Shown here piece after piece: positions 40,259 through 53,677 of a stretch of DNA of 64,000 nt. Within the stretch, counting starts at the first letter, position 1, and every line of letters begins with the position of its first letter. Both the position numbers and the translations under genes were made by a program. A model generated the notes under the pieces. The model was not told the origin of the DNA. It worked only from the letters and a program-made list of their open reading frames with translations, and made no database searches. Source of the DNA: Haliotis rubra. Taxonomy: Eukaryota. The stretch lies in the NCBI RefSeq assembly GCF_003918875.1, contig NW_025767224.1, forward strand, positions 620,001-684,000, in the 5' to 3' direction.

Positions 40259-42233
40259 CTTGTCGTAGATCACGTGGCCCGACGTACGTAGAGGGTACGA
40301 CTTGTGGAGAGCTACTTCAGCGGTCAAGATAACGTGGTGCAGATGGTGTAGCGAGGTACAATGAGCGTGGCTTTGTTAACTTCTCCCTCGAACGTTGTGT
40401 GAGTGGATGAGTGCCTGAGTTGATGTGTGAATGAGGCTCGCGTTGCTTTAAGAGATAATCTGGACAGGTTAAGGGGGGACTTCACCGAGGGTAAGGGAGT
40501 AAATCGAGTTTGATGTCATTTTCCTCAGTGATGCGCTGACTGACCAAACATTTTTACATCGCTTGTTCTGAAGCCGTAAATCTTACCTTTCCGAGTTAGA
40601 TGAACATGCCTAGAGGAAATACTACTTAGCATTGAGTGAATGTTGTATAGTACAGCACTGTGCATGTTTCCAACCATATGACGGCGGCCTGTAAATAGAC
40701 TTTCTAGTGATTGATGTCATGAGCACCGATTGAGAGTACGATTGCATCTGGCATCCGAGTTATCCAACCTGACAACACAATCCATTGCGTCCATCCCTGC
40801 GACCAGCTAGGCTTTTTCAGACACATTCTATTCCCGGTCCCTACGACCTGTTCCAATATGACAATTGGCTACATGCAACTTGTATAATTGTTGTATCATT
40901 GTGCATATTGTATCATGGATTATATGTGCTGTGTTAAACAGCACTTGATAGATTTCCTCTTTACGGTCAGTATTATGGCGCCAAAGTAGAAATAGCTTCA
41001 TCCGCCACATCTACTTCCGGTTCGCTTACTTGACTGTGTCGTCCGAATGGCAAATGTGCAGCGTCAAACTGCAACAGTACTATGGTGGATCAGCTATCAT
41101 GCTTGAGCACATTGTCACTACGAAACTTTGCGTCAGTCTAGAAAGGGTTGGTCAATACAATCCAGCACCTATCGGATCAGCCATTTTTCAAAGCATCCCA
41201 AAATTGTTTGTCAAACAAACAAAATCATTGTGTCCTCGTGAAAACATGGTCATGGCCTCGAACAAACATCGTGTTTGTCCCGCAGATATAGATGCAGAAC
41301 CATGACCATGACGACCATGATGACCATTTCACTGACCTTTATTGATCTATTTTATTGAAGGTCATTGCACCCAAGGTCACCCTGCGCCTCTCGAGTTATT
41401 GTGAAGATGTATATGTCCTACATGGTGAATGTCAAGGACGTTCCAATGGACTATTTTGCATAAAAATCAAATATGATGTCTCTAGGCTGAATTTAAAACA
41501 TGTGGCATATGTTATTCATTCGTATTATCCTCTTACTTTAATGCACGCATTAAGACTTAAATGGTACATGCGTGAAAGTGGCAAACGTTTTTTTAATTCA
41601 CTCTGACCTTGAACTTCTTCGTAGGTAACTCATGACTATAGTGTGTACAAAGCTTTATTAAATCCTCCTTCAATTTGGCGGTATACAAACCAACCTTAGG
41701 TATGACCATTAACCTAGACACGACATATGAGTGTGTCACAATTCTTCAAGCTGTAATGAAGATTCCTCTAAGACCAGGACAGCCTGGTTTCAAAGTAAAA
41801 AAACTTACAATATCACCATTTACATAGGGCAGCCTGTATGTTCAAACTACCATGTTGCACACAACAAAGTGATAGTTTGCCACAAAGTCCCTCTTTCAAT
41901 ACGAACTGACCATTGTGAGTCTCGGTTTCAGAGAAGAGTTCCTGGATTCAGTCTTTCAGTTAGGTGGTGATGTCATCCATGTTCAAGGGAGGCAATTCAA
42001 ACAAGGTCTTATTTGTCCAGTTTCTGATTAACACTTGTTACAATCACCGAGTTTCAGTCGCCAATGTCCACCTGGACTCGTTCTGCCATGTTAAGGTCGA
42101 CGTTCCCACACGGTCTAATTCACCCAGTGCCAGCTGAACTCTGTCATCTAAATTAATTTATCATGTATAAATTCTCGAGGGGTCAGTACACGTTGTTCTT
42201 GCGATCGAGGTTTTATCAACTGTTTTAGCCGAA

Positions 42234-42390
42234 ATGAGTATGATTTTACGCCGCTTTTAGCAATATTCCAGCAATATCGCGGCGGGGGACACCAGAAATG
42301 GGCTTCACACAGTGTACCCATGTGGGGAATCGAACACGGGTCTTCGGCATGAGAAGCGAACGCTGTAACCACTACGCTACCCCACTACCT
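42234..42390 (-). mobile_element. SINE family 1, full length
   Basis: Imperfect TSD ctgtttt/gagccg on both sides. Confidence 0.9.
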
Positions 42391-42771
42391 CTGTTTGAGC
42401 CGGAGACTAAGCGTGGTGGTAACAAAGTACCAGACTTGTCATCTCCGTCGTAGTGATCGGATATACTGGTCAAATCATGTCAAAATGTATTAATTATTTA
42501 ATCATTACGACCATTACGATTTCACATATATCTCATTTATTTCCAGTTAATACATTGTTTTACGAAGAAATCATCACCATAAAACACTCAATAAAATCAT
42601 ATAAAAGCAAAAAGCATTCGGTTTCTCCCTGAGCCACTTTCCACAAAGTTAAGTCAGAGCTTGTTAGCTGCATGTTAAACATATTGGAGTTTGCTGGAAT
42701 CGCACTGAGGGACTGAACCCAACTCACGATCGCCACTGGAAGGGGATGTCTGTTGCGTCACGGATACAATT

Positions 42772-43018
42772 GTGTGAAGCTGGTCTAAAGAGGAAATGGC
42801 GTGAAGCTGGTCTAACGAGGAAATGGTGTGAAGCTGGTCTAAAGAGGAAATGGTGTGAAGCTGGTCTAAAGAGGAAATGGTGTGAAGCTGGTCTAAAGAG
42901 GAAATGGTGTGAAGCTGGTCTAACGAGGAAATGGTGTGAAGCTGGTCTAAAGAGGAAATGGTGTGAAGCTGGTCTAACGAGGAAATGGTGTGAAGCTGGT
43001 CTAAAGAGGAAATGGTGT
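42772..43018. repeat. 27-bp minisatellite (~9 copies)
   Basis: Unit gtgtgaagctggtctaa(a/c)gaggaaatg. Confidence 0.95.
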
Positions 43019-44237
43019 TGACCAGTGACGCATCATAATCAGGCTGAATGCTTTGTTTGTTTGTTTGTTGTCCAGGATCAAAGGGTTCTGGTAACGCCTG
43101 TCAAAGACAACCCTGTACAGCGAAGTACGGCGCACTAGACGAACATTTGTAGCGAGTAATAATCGTGAATATGTATTCACTATCATACACAAGAAATGAG
43201 TATTTCGTACTGAAAAATGAGATACATGTCTTATGGGACTTGAAATTCTAAGAATACATGAATACTGATTGTTAGTATGTGAGGCTAAATGAAACCTATT
43301 CTAATCATAAGAGGTTCACTGACTTGATTGGTATCGTGTCACCGTATCCTGGTGATATGGGATGCTGCTCATTATATCAGTCACTAGATTGTCAAGTTCA
43401 GACGAAACCATTTCAATACATTCGTCATAAAGCTTGAAAATTGGTGAGTTTGGTGTTGAACAAGACATCCAGTCAAGCAATAGAACCAGTAAAACAATAC
43501 GAGGGTATTCTTACCAGCACAACACATGTATGAAGTATCTTTTAACTAACATGACAATGTTTACACTTCTGCATGTCGCATTATGTGAGATGGAAGTGTT
43601 GCAGGACGCTAACGGTTTGGTAAACCGAAAGCAATAATGAGGTCGAACCTGAGGCTAAAAGACACAATCATAGAATTCTGGCTACCCAAGGGACGCAACT
43701 CTTCAAACTCCGACTGGACTTTTCTCTTTTAATACGTTTCTTATAAACAGGCCAGTGGGCCATCGTACCCCTTAAAGAAGAGGTGAATATAGGAGAGTGT
43801 CAAACTAATCATACGTGATTAGTGTCCGCAAGGTCATGAATTTCTTTAATACGAGTAAGGGAGGTTCTGCTATTGTACTGGAGTGAGTCGCTTCTCTTCT
43901 GGAAATATTCTAGTATTCAAAATGGCGGTGGACACAAGACATTGGTCTTTACATATCATGTGGAGTATGATCCATTAAGCACGAGAAACCTCGACACGAT
44001 TTTGTAACATGCAAGCAACACAAATGAATATTAGTTTTACTGTTTGTTTACTATTGTCGACACCCCGAAGAGACCAGTGACGCCATCACAGCCTCCAATG
44101 TCCATGATGTCCATGATGTCCTCGGTGTCTGGACTACTGATGTCCCCTGGACTCTTCTTCCCAAAAGATTGATGACGTCCTCCCAACAAGGCATCGAAGG
44201 CGATCCTCATCACCAAGACACTTTTGTTGTTCTTCAA

Positions 44238-47200
44238 TCACACTTGCTGTTGCTGTTCCTTGGGCCTCTGACAAACAACGACGGGCACGTGTGAGTGATG
44301 TACGATGTAGTCGCTAACGCTGCCGAGTATCTTCCTACTCATCATGCCGCGTCCGCGCGTTCCCGTGACGACGTAATCAACCTCTTCTTCCTCCGCTGCC
44401 TTCACCAGAGACGAACCAGGATGACCATTCAGGCGCAGAATACGACCCGGTACCTACATGCATAGACTGACTTAGTCCCACAAATAACGTCAATATATTC
44501 TTTAAAATATGTTTATAAAAATGCATAAATATTACATAAAAGTCCAAAACAATTCTAAGATCTGAGGCAATATAGGCTTGCACAGTAATTCTGGAGTTGG
44601 ACTTCTTTCTGCATTCAAACTATGGGCTACAAAGCTATAATGCAAGCCCATATCTTAAAGTCACTTATAATGTATGGACCCCTTACAGCATCTGATCTAT
44701 GTCGTAACATTATCTATAGGAGATGTCTGTCAGTTAGATGTCATTCTGAATCGCGGAATTTACCAAACTGCACAAATCATTTTGTCAGCGAAATATACTA
44801 AGCAGCAAATTTTCCTTCGCAGAAACGTATAACTGTAAACACATTTAATGTTTTGATTGTATATGTTGGACACCATCTCCAACTTTACGTGAGCAAAGAC
44901 ATTCCTTCCCAAACTCAGAATTGAACCCAGGAAATGGTCTCAAAAACGCAACCTGACCTCGGAGATGGTACGGTGTTCTCCATGTTTTTCATGCAACTCA
45001 TGCTGCACGTGCTGTTCACAAGGTCCAGCCCTATAAATTGCCCCCCTAAACCTGGTTGAAACAATCACATTACAACGTCAGCAGGATGCCCCTTCTCACG
45101 ACAGCTCAGAGGAACCGGGCGTTAGGAAGAATTGAAGCTGGCCACACTGCACAAGCTGTTGCCAATCACTTCCAGGACAACGTTCTACAGGCTGCAGCAA
45201 CCTTTCTGGGCCATCAACACCACAATGATCGCCCCGTACTGGCAGACCAAAACAAGACCGCCATGTTGTGCGACAGCATGTACAGAATCCCTTTATGCAG
45301 GCATCCGAAACAGCACGACAGACAGGGGGAACACACGGAAGACCAATCAGTACTGATACAGTACGCCGACGTCTTAACAGCGGGAACCGCCATTGCCGTA
45401 GACCTTACCGTGGACCTATCCTCACCCTCGTCCTCGGAGTAAACGTCTACAGTTTGCCCTACAACACCAAAAACTGGCGATTCAGGCAGTGGAGAACTGT
45501 TCTTTTAACAGATGAGAGTCGGTACTGCGTATCAACGGCAGAACAATAATATGGCGACGACGTGGCCAGCACAACTCAGACCAATGTTGTATGGAAAGAG
45601 ACTCATGGGGAAGTGCAAGCATCATGGTAAGCGATGGAATAGGCCTGAACCAGAAAGTGGGTCCTGTGGCGTTCCAAAACCTTGGTCCAGGGAGACGAGG
45701 CGGCATCACAGCGGTGCGCTACGTCGACCCATCTCTCACACCCAACGTCATACCAAATTTCGCACGTCAGCGGAACAATATTTTCCAGCATGATAACGCT
45801 CGGGACCATACTGCCAGAGATACACGGGACTTCCTGCAGCAGAACGGTGTCAACATTATGTAGTGGCCAGGCCTAAGTCCTGATTTAAACCCAATTGAAC
45901 ATCTTTGGGTTGAAATACAGAGGAGACTGAATAATGTCATACCAAGGCCAATCACAGCCGATTTATTTCGCCAGGTTTTTGTCCGCGTGTGGTTCCATGT
46001 GCCAATGGCCTTCATCGATCGATTGGTGCCTTCCATGCTTAGACGCTGTGCTGCAGTTATTGGTCGCACTAGATACTGAACTCAAGGGTCTGAATGGACT
46101 GCAAACGTACACGTAATGTCTTGAAATTGTGCTGAGTTATTCATTGATGTGCCAAGATATTGCACACAAAAACAATTTTTGATCCGCTTATTATGTCAAT
46201 TTCTGTAATGATTTAATTACAGTGCCTATCTAATTTTGAATTCGTACTGGCGTTTGGGGTTTTTTTGCTGCTGAGTATACATGCCTGCCCCCAAAAGCAT
46301 TGCAATAAATACAACATTACTTGGTTTCTGGTTTACCTCCACACTGAACAATATTCCATACCTCTTGTGATGTACTCATACTTATCTATACATTTAATAA
46401 CTAACACAATGCATTAAATAAACTAAAGCATTTATATGCATTACGATTGGAACTTTGGAAATACAGTATTCGAACAAAGCTCGTGACATAGTAGCCGCGT
46501 GACTTATCTTACCCCGGTTTTAGTCAGCCTCTCCCGCAGTTTGTCGACAATGACGCCGATTTTGACAGCCTCTTCTCGAACGAGCTCGGCAACCAGGGAC
46601 GGATCGCCACTGATACCGGCTGAAGATGAAGATGGGCAATATGTTATGGTTACATACGTAGTCATTTGACTATTCAGAAATAAACACTAAATTATCTCTA
46701 GGAATGGATTCCGGGCGCACTCTAATAAACCTAAGCTTGAGGGTCTTTCCAAGCGTACTGCTGAAATATTGCTAAAATTGACGAAAACCCTAATCCACAA
46801 TAAAGGCTCTAATTGTTATTCAGTTATGGGTAATAAAAATTCGTTGGATTGATTGTGGACCTTTGTTACTCACGCGTGTGATAGATGGCGCTGTAGTCGG
46901 GACAATGCGCCACCACTACGTCATTCCCCATCCGGTGAAGCCTGTCCATGTACCCTGCAAATATACTTCAAGGTAAACACGTTATGGTGGTACAAGAGTG
47001 AGAGAGTGAGTATGGTTTTACGCTGCTTGTAGTTACATCACAACCAGTGGGCTTCACACAATGTACGCATGTGGGGAACGAACACTCTGACCACTACGCT
47101 GCACCGCCGCCCCAGGTGGTACAAGAAAAAGTATACAGATGCACACGTGGTCCTCTGTCACGCAATCAGGTGCGTAGCAAGCCAATGTTTTCGTGTAAGC

Positions 47201-50200
47201 CCCATAGGTTGAAAAGCTTTATATTTAGATAATTTTGAGGGCTTGCCCAACCTTTTCATCAACAATCATGTGTAGCCCGGATCTGTTTTTCATAATGGTA
47301 GCTACGCCCCTGACAATCTCTGTGTCATCCTCGATAATCTCTCGGGCATTCGTTCCGATAAATCACTAGTACCCTAGATGCATCTACGGTAATTTAGTTA
47401 CCTCCCTTTGCTTGCTTTTTATCTAATCAGGTGTCTTCGTGGGAAAGTTGAGCGTACCAATCACAACTCACTTCCGTTTCTTCGGTAAACAGTTGTTAAG
47501 AGGTTGGAGTTATTGCCTATATATTTGAAGGTTTCTGACATGTCAATTTATCAGTATGATTTTCCCAATAAATCTGATTCGCACAGCGATCAAACCTTCG
47601 CGGATGCGGCCGCAATCTTTGTTGACACTGGCAAGCTCGATTGTAACGGCTTAATCTGATTGACTACTGTGAGAAGGCGGAGCCAGCAAAGGGAGTAATA
47701 AAAAAATATCGGGCCGAGCCGTAGATGCATCCAGGGTATACCAGGTATACCCCGAAGATTATCGAGGATGCCTCTGTGTTGATGGTAAAGCTGTTGTGGA
47801 GGTTGTTTCATTTATATCATGGCGTATCAGCTTAATTAATGTGGGAAGAAAAACAGTGGGTGTTTATCCCGTAAGGGGATCAAACCAAGCTGCATACCAG
47901 GATTCGACCCCACTGTGAACAATGTAAAGTGCAAAGCAGCCACCAATCAGCCACAGCGGATGAATGATTGTTCTCATACTTATCAGGTTCTTTCATGAGT
48001 TTCCGGTAAAAATAATATTTAATACCAATCGTTATATTGCGAAAGACATTCAGAGATAAACTGAACTTAAAAATGAACTGTAAAGTCGACATAAAATTTT
48101 GGCAACGTATTGTTATCAATCTGTGACGTTTCATCCTATTGCACGACGAAGCATTGCTTAGAATGAACAAGTAGAATCGACAAAACAAACGCAGGAAAAA
48201 GTGAAAACTGTTATATTATTCATGATCTTTCATCCTTAAGATTAAATATAACTAAATTCTTTAACGCTGTACTCAATTTCTCATAAATACCACACGAAAG
48301 GTAAATGGGCTTCTCCACATCAAACCAGTGGTGAAGGTCTCAAGCTTTTACTGGCGATACCAGTTCGACAAGATACACAGAATACCATAGGTGTACGCTA
48401 GTACCATAGGACATGTAAACACACACACCACACACGTGACCTGCTAGGCAAGGCACTAACGTTCCACGAAGCAATTTATGCGTCACCACAGCCTGAGTCT
48501 ATTAAGGATGGGAGCTCCGGAGACCACGTCGCTGGGATGACTTTGTGAATCGTATCCCAGTACAGATATACCACAACAAACATTGGAATGAAAACATGTC
48601 TGGAATTGAGGGAACGCTATACCGGGGATAACCTGTCGCTCTATTTAAAAGAGAGTGAAATATATAACTGACATATATGTTGATACGTTAACTGACAGAA
48701 TCCATACGTCTACCAGTCTTCTGATTGTGAGAGAAGTGCTATCGACGAAGAGGAATTCCTCGTGTGAGAGTACAATATACCACTGTCAACACTAACAGAA
48801 ACCTGCATGTTCCAAATATATATATTGCACATGCTCTGTTGCAAAAGCAATTTATCCAAAATGCCAGTCTCTGTAATCAACCTGCCCCTAAATCACCAGC
48901 AGCCTGTACATATTCCGCATTTCATTGTAGCTGTTATTGACTCGTTAGCACGAGAGCCTTTCAACAAGAATTACCCATCAATTACACATTGATATATTCG
49001 ATCGCGGTAACAGATTAGCAGGATCGATCGCACTGTGCTGAGATATTATCCCACGTTTTTCCTGGGGCCTTATTGAATCACTTCAGCGGCTTCACACATT
49101 CACTAGAACACATATCAACATGATTAAAATTGACACTCTGGTTAACATTGTACAACTGTGGTGTTGCAGGCGTTGTGTCTCGCCGATGATGTTGTGCACG
49201 GGCGTTCTATGAATACCTCAGTTCAGCAGTTCTACATACTCGCCGATCATGTTGTGCACGGGCGTTCTATGAATACCTCAGTTCAGCAGTTCTACATACT
49301 CGCCGATCATGTTGTGCACGGGCGTTCTATGAATACCTCAGTTCAGCAGTTCTACATACTCGCCGATCATGTTGTGCACGGGCGTTCTATGAATACCTCA
49401 GTTCAGCAGTTCTACATACTCGCCGATCATGTTGTGCACGGGCGTTCTATGAATACCTCAGTTCAGCAGTTCTACATACTCGCCGATCATGTTGTGCACG
49501 GGCGTTCTATGAATACCTCAGTTCAGCAGTTCTACACACCAGTTCATTACATATCGGAATTTCCAGTGAGCTGTGAAGTTATGTATTACGTACAAAACTG
49601 AACCGTATCTTAATAGTAGCAAGTTTATATATAGTATTTTATGAAAATTGCAAACCATCACCCCTGAGTAAGCTCCCCTTACATACACACGCACAACATG
49701 CATCACACACATAAGCTACACGCCACCCACCAAGAAAATATACACTAAGCAAAAGACATACTATCGCATACATACTCCCACATACACATCTAAATATGTT
49801 CTCCGTACANNNNNNNNNNNNNNNNNNNNNNNNNNNNNNNNNNNNNNNNNNNNNNNNNNNNNNNNNNNNNNNNNNNNNNNNNNNNNNNNNNNNNNNNNNN
49901 NNNNNNNNNNNNNNNNNNNNNNNNNNNNNNNNNNNNNNNNNNNNNNNNNNNNNNNNNNNNNNNNNNNNNNNNNNNNNNNNNNNNNNNNNNNNNNNNNNNN
50001 NNNNNNNNNNNNNNNNNNNNNNNNNNNNNNNNNNNNNTACATATAAACGGTAACCACACAAGATATCACACTGCTGACTGTCAGGTTCCCTGTACACAAG
50101 TATCGTGAGATGTCGATGTACATAAGACTTACTAAGAGGCACAATGTTAACAAGCTGTATTAATCCAACCGTAGACGATAGACAAGCGACTGCTATCGAG

Positions 50201-50367
50201 AAGCCGCCCTCCTGTCATGTTGATGCTAGCATCATGTCAGTGTCGCTGCACTCCAATATACGGCCAGAGTGGTAACTAACCTACAGGTACTTACAGTCAA
50301 ATGCGTAGTTGGAATGGTCGCTGCCATCCATGGCTATCAGAACTTTACAACAGTGCTCGGCCGACAT
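44238..50367 (-). CDS. Universal stress protein gene D, 4 exons, 158 aa
   Basis: join(50367-50295, 46954-46874, 46619-46513, 44453-44238); GT-AG, phases 1,1,0, 477 nt; intron 1 spans an N gap. Protein MSAEHCCKVLIAMDGSDHSNYAFDWYMDRLHRMGNDVVVAHCPDYSAIYHTPGISGDPSLVAELVREEAVKIGVIVDKLRERLTKTGVPGRILRLNGHPGSSLVKAAEEEEVDYVVTGTRGRGMMSRKILGSVSDYIVHHSHVPVVVCQRPKEQQQQV. Confidence 0.92.
44794..46279 (+). mobile_element. Decayed Tc1/DD34E transposon with both TIRs, in USP-D intron 3
   Basis: Termini tatactaagcagcaaa / tttgctgctgagtata with flanking TA. Broken transposase 45086-~46079 (MPLLTTAQRNRALG, LTDESRY, FQHDNAR-34-E in SPDLNPIEHLW). Confidence 0.9.
46998..47114 (-). mobile_element. SINE family 1, internally deleted, 12-bp TSD
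   Basis: TSD ggtggtacaaga at 46986-46997 and 47115-47126. Confidence 0.8.
49178..49536. repeat. 60-bp tandem repeat (6 near-identical copies) in USP-D intron 1
   Basis: Unit cgccgatcatgttgtgcacgggcgttctatgaatacctcagttcagcagttctacatact. Confidence 0.95.
49810..50037. other. Assembly gap (N run)
   Basis: 228 Ns. Confidence 1.
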
Positions 50368-53315
50368 TTTCCGAGTGTATATCACGTGAGAGTCGACGAG
50401 GTTGAATGGACCGACTTTGAGGGCCGACCATGCGGGGGCAGGTCACGTGATCTGTCATCAGAGGTTGACAGGGAAGGTTGTAACAACAAGATGAATGAAG
50501 GGAAACGAAAATTTATTCATAGATCCCCTTTGGGGGAAACAGCCTTCTGTTGTAATCAGGGTATATGTAGTTTATGATACTCCTGCAGAATCACCAGAAC
50601 TGATAAAGTACATCAAGCAACGGCCGTGACTGTGGGCAAAGTGGGAGTAGGCTATGTATATAGGGGAGGCTGTCAGTACGTCACCGGTGAGTAAACGATG
50701 CCACATTTCCGGGAAATTTCTCTGCCAATATGTCTTCTGTGACGTCTACATTGGCCGACATTATACTGCGTTCACAATAACACACCGGCTCTTCTCGTTA
50801 TGATGTCAACATGAATGGTTTCATCTTATTGCGTCTGTAAGTAAAAAAGTTTATGGGAATATCTCAACTGGGTCATATACTCTGAACAAGCAGAGTGACA
50901 AGCAAGCTGACTGACAGCACGGAGTGGTGAGAGGGAGAACTTACTGAGACTATTCATGTTTAACTGTATGTTTTCTGAATATTTTATGTCTGTTTCAGTT
51001 GCTAATCCCAGTTGTCACACGGGAACATCATATTGAAAACGTGGGTCACCTCTTAACAAATAAACATTGGACATATTTGTTGACCAACAAACCTGTGTAA
51101 TAAATAACGTTGCTTTATGAAGTTTAGGAACAAAGATTGGTTGTTCACCGAATGAAATAAAAATCTATGAAGTTTAAATTTATGCTCGTGGACGTACAAC
51201 GGTTAAGAATTAATTTTTCAAGAATAAATTACCATTCATTCGTTTCTGTCCCAACTGCCTAGATCGATGTTATAATGTCAGTCACTGCATTGTCTGGTCC
51301 AGACTCCATTATTTACATGTCATATAGCTGGAATATTGCGATGTGCAGTGTTAAATATAAGCAAACAGACTAAACAATAGAGACAACAGAAGCTGGTAGG
51401 CCCACATTTCGGGTAGCCCTAACTCATTAAACACTGAAAGCTTTGCTAGTTGTTGTTGCTTGCAGTGTTTTAGAGGTCGCCTTCTGCAATTGCAAATATC
51501 GGCTTACCTCCTCCTTTCTGTGACCACGGGTGTGCTAAGTTGTAGGTACACATATCAATAGGGAGTTTTAGTATTTAAATACTAAAAGTAAACAAGACTT
51601 CTATGTTAGTAATGTTATCATTTAATGTTTGATTTTTAGAAATTGAAAAACAGCAACAATATTTGGCTGTTCTATTTATCAACGTTCCAGAGACCATCTT
51701 TCAGAAATAGATTTTGGCCTTCTCAATTGGATCTCTTCCCTTTTAGCAGTTCTGTGACAGATACCGGATTTGATTGCAATTCTTGTTTTAATTGAGTGGG
51801 GTCTGGGGCATGGTCTCGACATTACAGTAAGAGCAAGCAACCTATGCAGGTTTATGTCAAGATTTCCTTTCATATGAGTCTAGCATTACTCACATGTATA
51901 TGAATATTTTTCTCTCACAAAACATGTATAAATGTGATATTTGTCACAAATGGGAGCTCTCAAACAGAATTTGAAAATGATTTAGAGCTGTAGTTTGTGT
52001 TTATAAATATAACCCAGTCATGTACAGCCACGTATTGGCGGTTGTTGTGTTAGCAGGAACTGATTTAAGCTTGTATACACAATACCCTTTTCCTCACAGT
52101 GTCGTATATCCATTAGTCAGTCATTGTTGGGAGAACAAAACATGAAACTCTGGAAATGTCTCCTTTCCTCGATAGATTGTGATCCTGCGTGAAGTAGGTC
52201 CCCAGCAACCCTTGCTTTCTTCCTCGTACGGGGTCGGGCACAGAAAATGTCTCGAGTAACCCTTGGTTGTCTCCCAGCTGCGAGTCAGGATTGATCACAG
52301 TAACCTATGCCAGTCGCAAACAGCGACAAAACTGATCGGGTGGTCAGTTTCCTTGACGTCGATGGACCCTACGGGATGGACGTTTCTCATAATTATAATC
52401 ACTGGTTTGCCTGGTTCAAACACGATTTACAGGATGAGAACATATACATTTAAGCTCACCTGTCTGAAAGGCTAGTGGGTTTATGACCCACGTTTCCGGC
52501 GAGGAGAGCGCCTGTACATACCTGCTACTCAGAACCACCTGACCAAGGCTGAAACTACACATGCTAGTTCCTTACAATGTTCCTGATTGTGTTCCAGAAG
52601 TTCGTTCCCGATTTTGCACAAGGCAGTTGCGACCTGTATTTGGCTATTCAAGTTTTTACTGTAATCATGACATTTTGTTGGGGGTTGGGGGGTGGGGGTG
52701 TTATTTGTTATGAGACCAGACACATAGTTTCAACTTTGCTTTTGTGATATTTTAGAATTTGACCTTGATCTGGCCTTTGCACCATTTTACCGTGCTCTTA
52801 AATTGGGTAAAAAATATTGTTTACGTTTTGCAAAACACAGCATGCAGCGTTACTTGTGTCTTTCCTTTGTGAGTTTTTCAGAAAATGCTGACAGCAACCT
52901 TCGTTAAGTGTCTGGTTTTGATGGCATTTTAAACTGTTTCCGCCATATCCCGACTAGCTACTTGCCCTGGCACTATGTTTCTGTTGCTCAAACATATATG
53001 AGGCACATATTAACACTGGTTTTCGCCACAAGTATAACCTTTGAATTACAATTATGAACAGCGGGCCACGCCGTACATTGGACTCGTCGCCTGACAAAAC
53101 TTCTCTAGGGGCGGTGCGTATCTCACTTATATGTCCTAGGAGGTTTCCTGTTAAAGTCACATGTTTCGAATGACCAGGAAACTGATACTGATTAAAATAG
53201 AACTAGTCAGATATATTCGCACACTAGTCACCGCCTACTGGCCACTGGGTTCCAAATAACGAGAGAAAAGGACGAAGTTTTCTGGATATTTCATAACAAA
53301 GGTCAGTAATGTTTG

Positions 53316-53677
53316 TGTAGCGGCCATAAAATTTCCGAGTCCCGTGCTGGGATTCGAACCACGGACCTTCTGATCCGAAGTCGGACGCCTTGTCCACATA
53401 ACCAAGTTAACCCCGTCAGCAAGCTGACAATGTAAGGATGTCATCTGTGGGATGACTCCACGCCCTGCTTACTCCCCGTCATCCGAAGTTAGGTACTGAC
53501 ACTTATTTTGCTCAAATTTGATATGAACGTGCTCTTTGTGTAGCACATTTCCGAGTCCCGTGCCAACCTTCTTATCCGAAGTCGGACGCCTTGTCCACAT
53601 GACCAAAGACGTTAACCCCGTCAGCAAGCTGACAATGTAAGGATGTCATCTGTGGGATGACTCTACGCCCTGTTACA
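53316..53677 (-). mobile_element. TRIM-like mini LTR element with tRNA-Arg(TCG)-derived sequence inside both LTRs
   Basis: Direct repeats at 53539-53677 and 53316-~53472 (TGTAAC...GCTACA on the minus strand). The 66-bp internal region ends in purine-rich GATGACGGGGAG. TTTG flanks both ends. The repeats contain GGCGTCCGACTTCGGATCAGAAGG..GGTTCGAATCCC (B box deleted in the 53539-53677 copy). Confidence 0.65.

Noticed and set aside
49158-49601. 147-aa repetitive ORF (also 3300-3545, 42746-43021, 55636-55971)
   Set aside because: Translation artefacts of tandem repeats.
49639-50153. ORFs spanning the N run
   Set aside because: They are open only because of the ambiguous bases.
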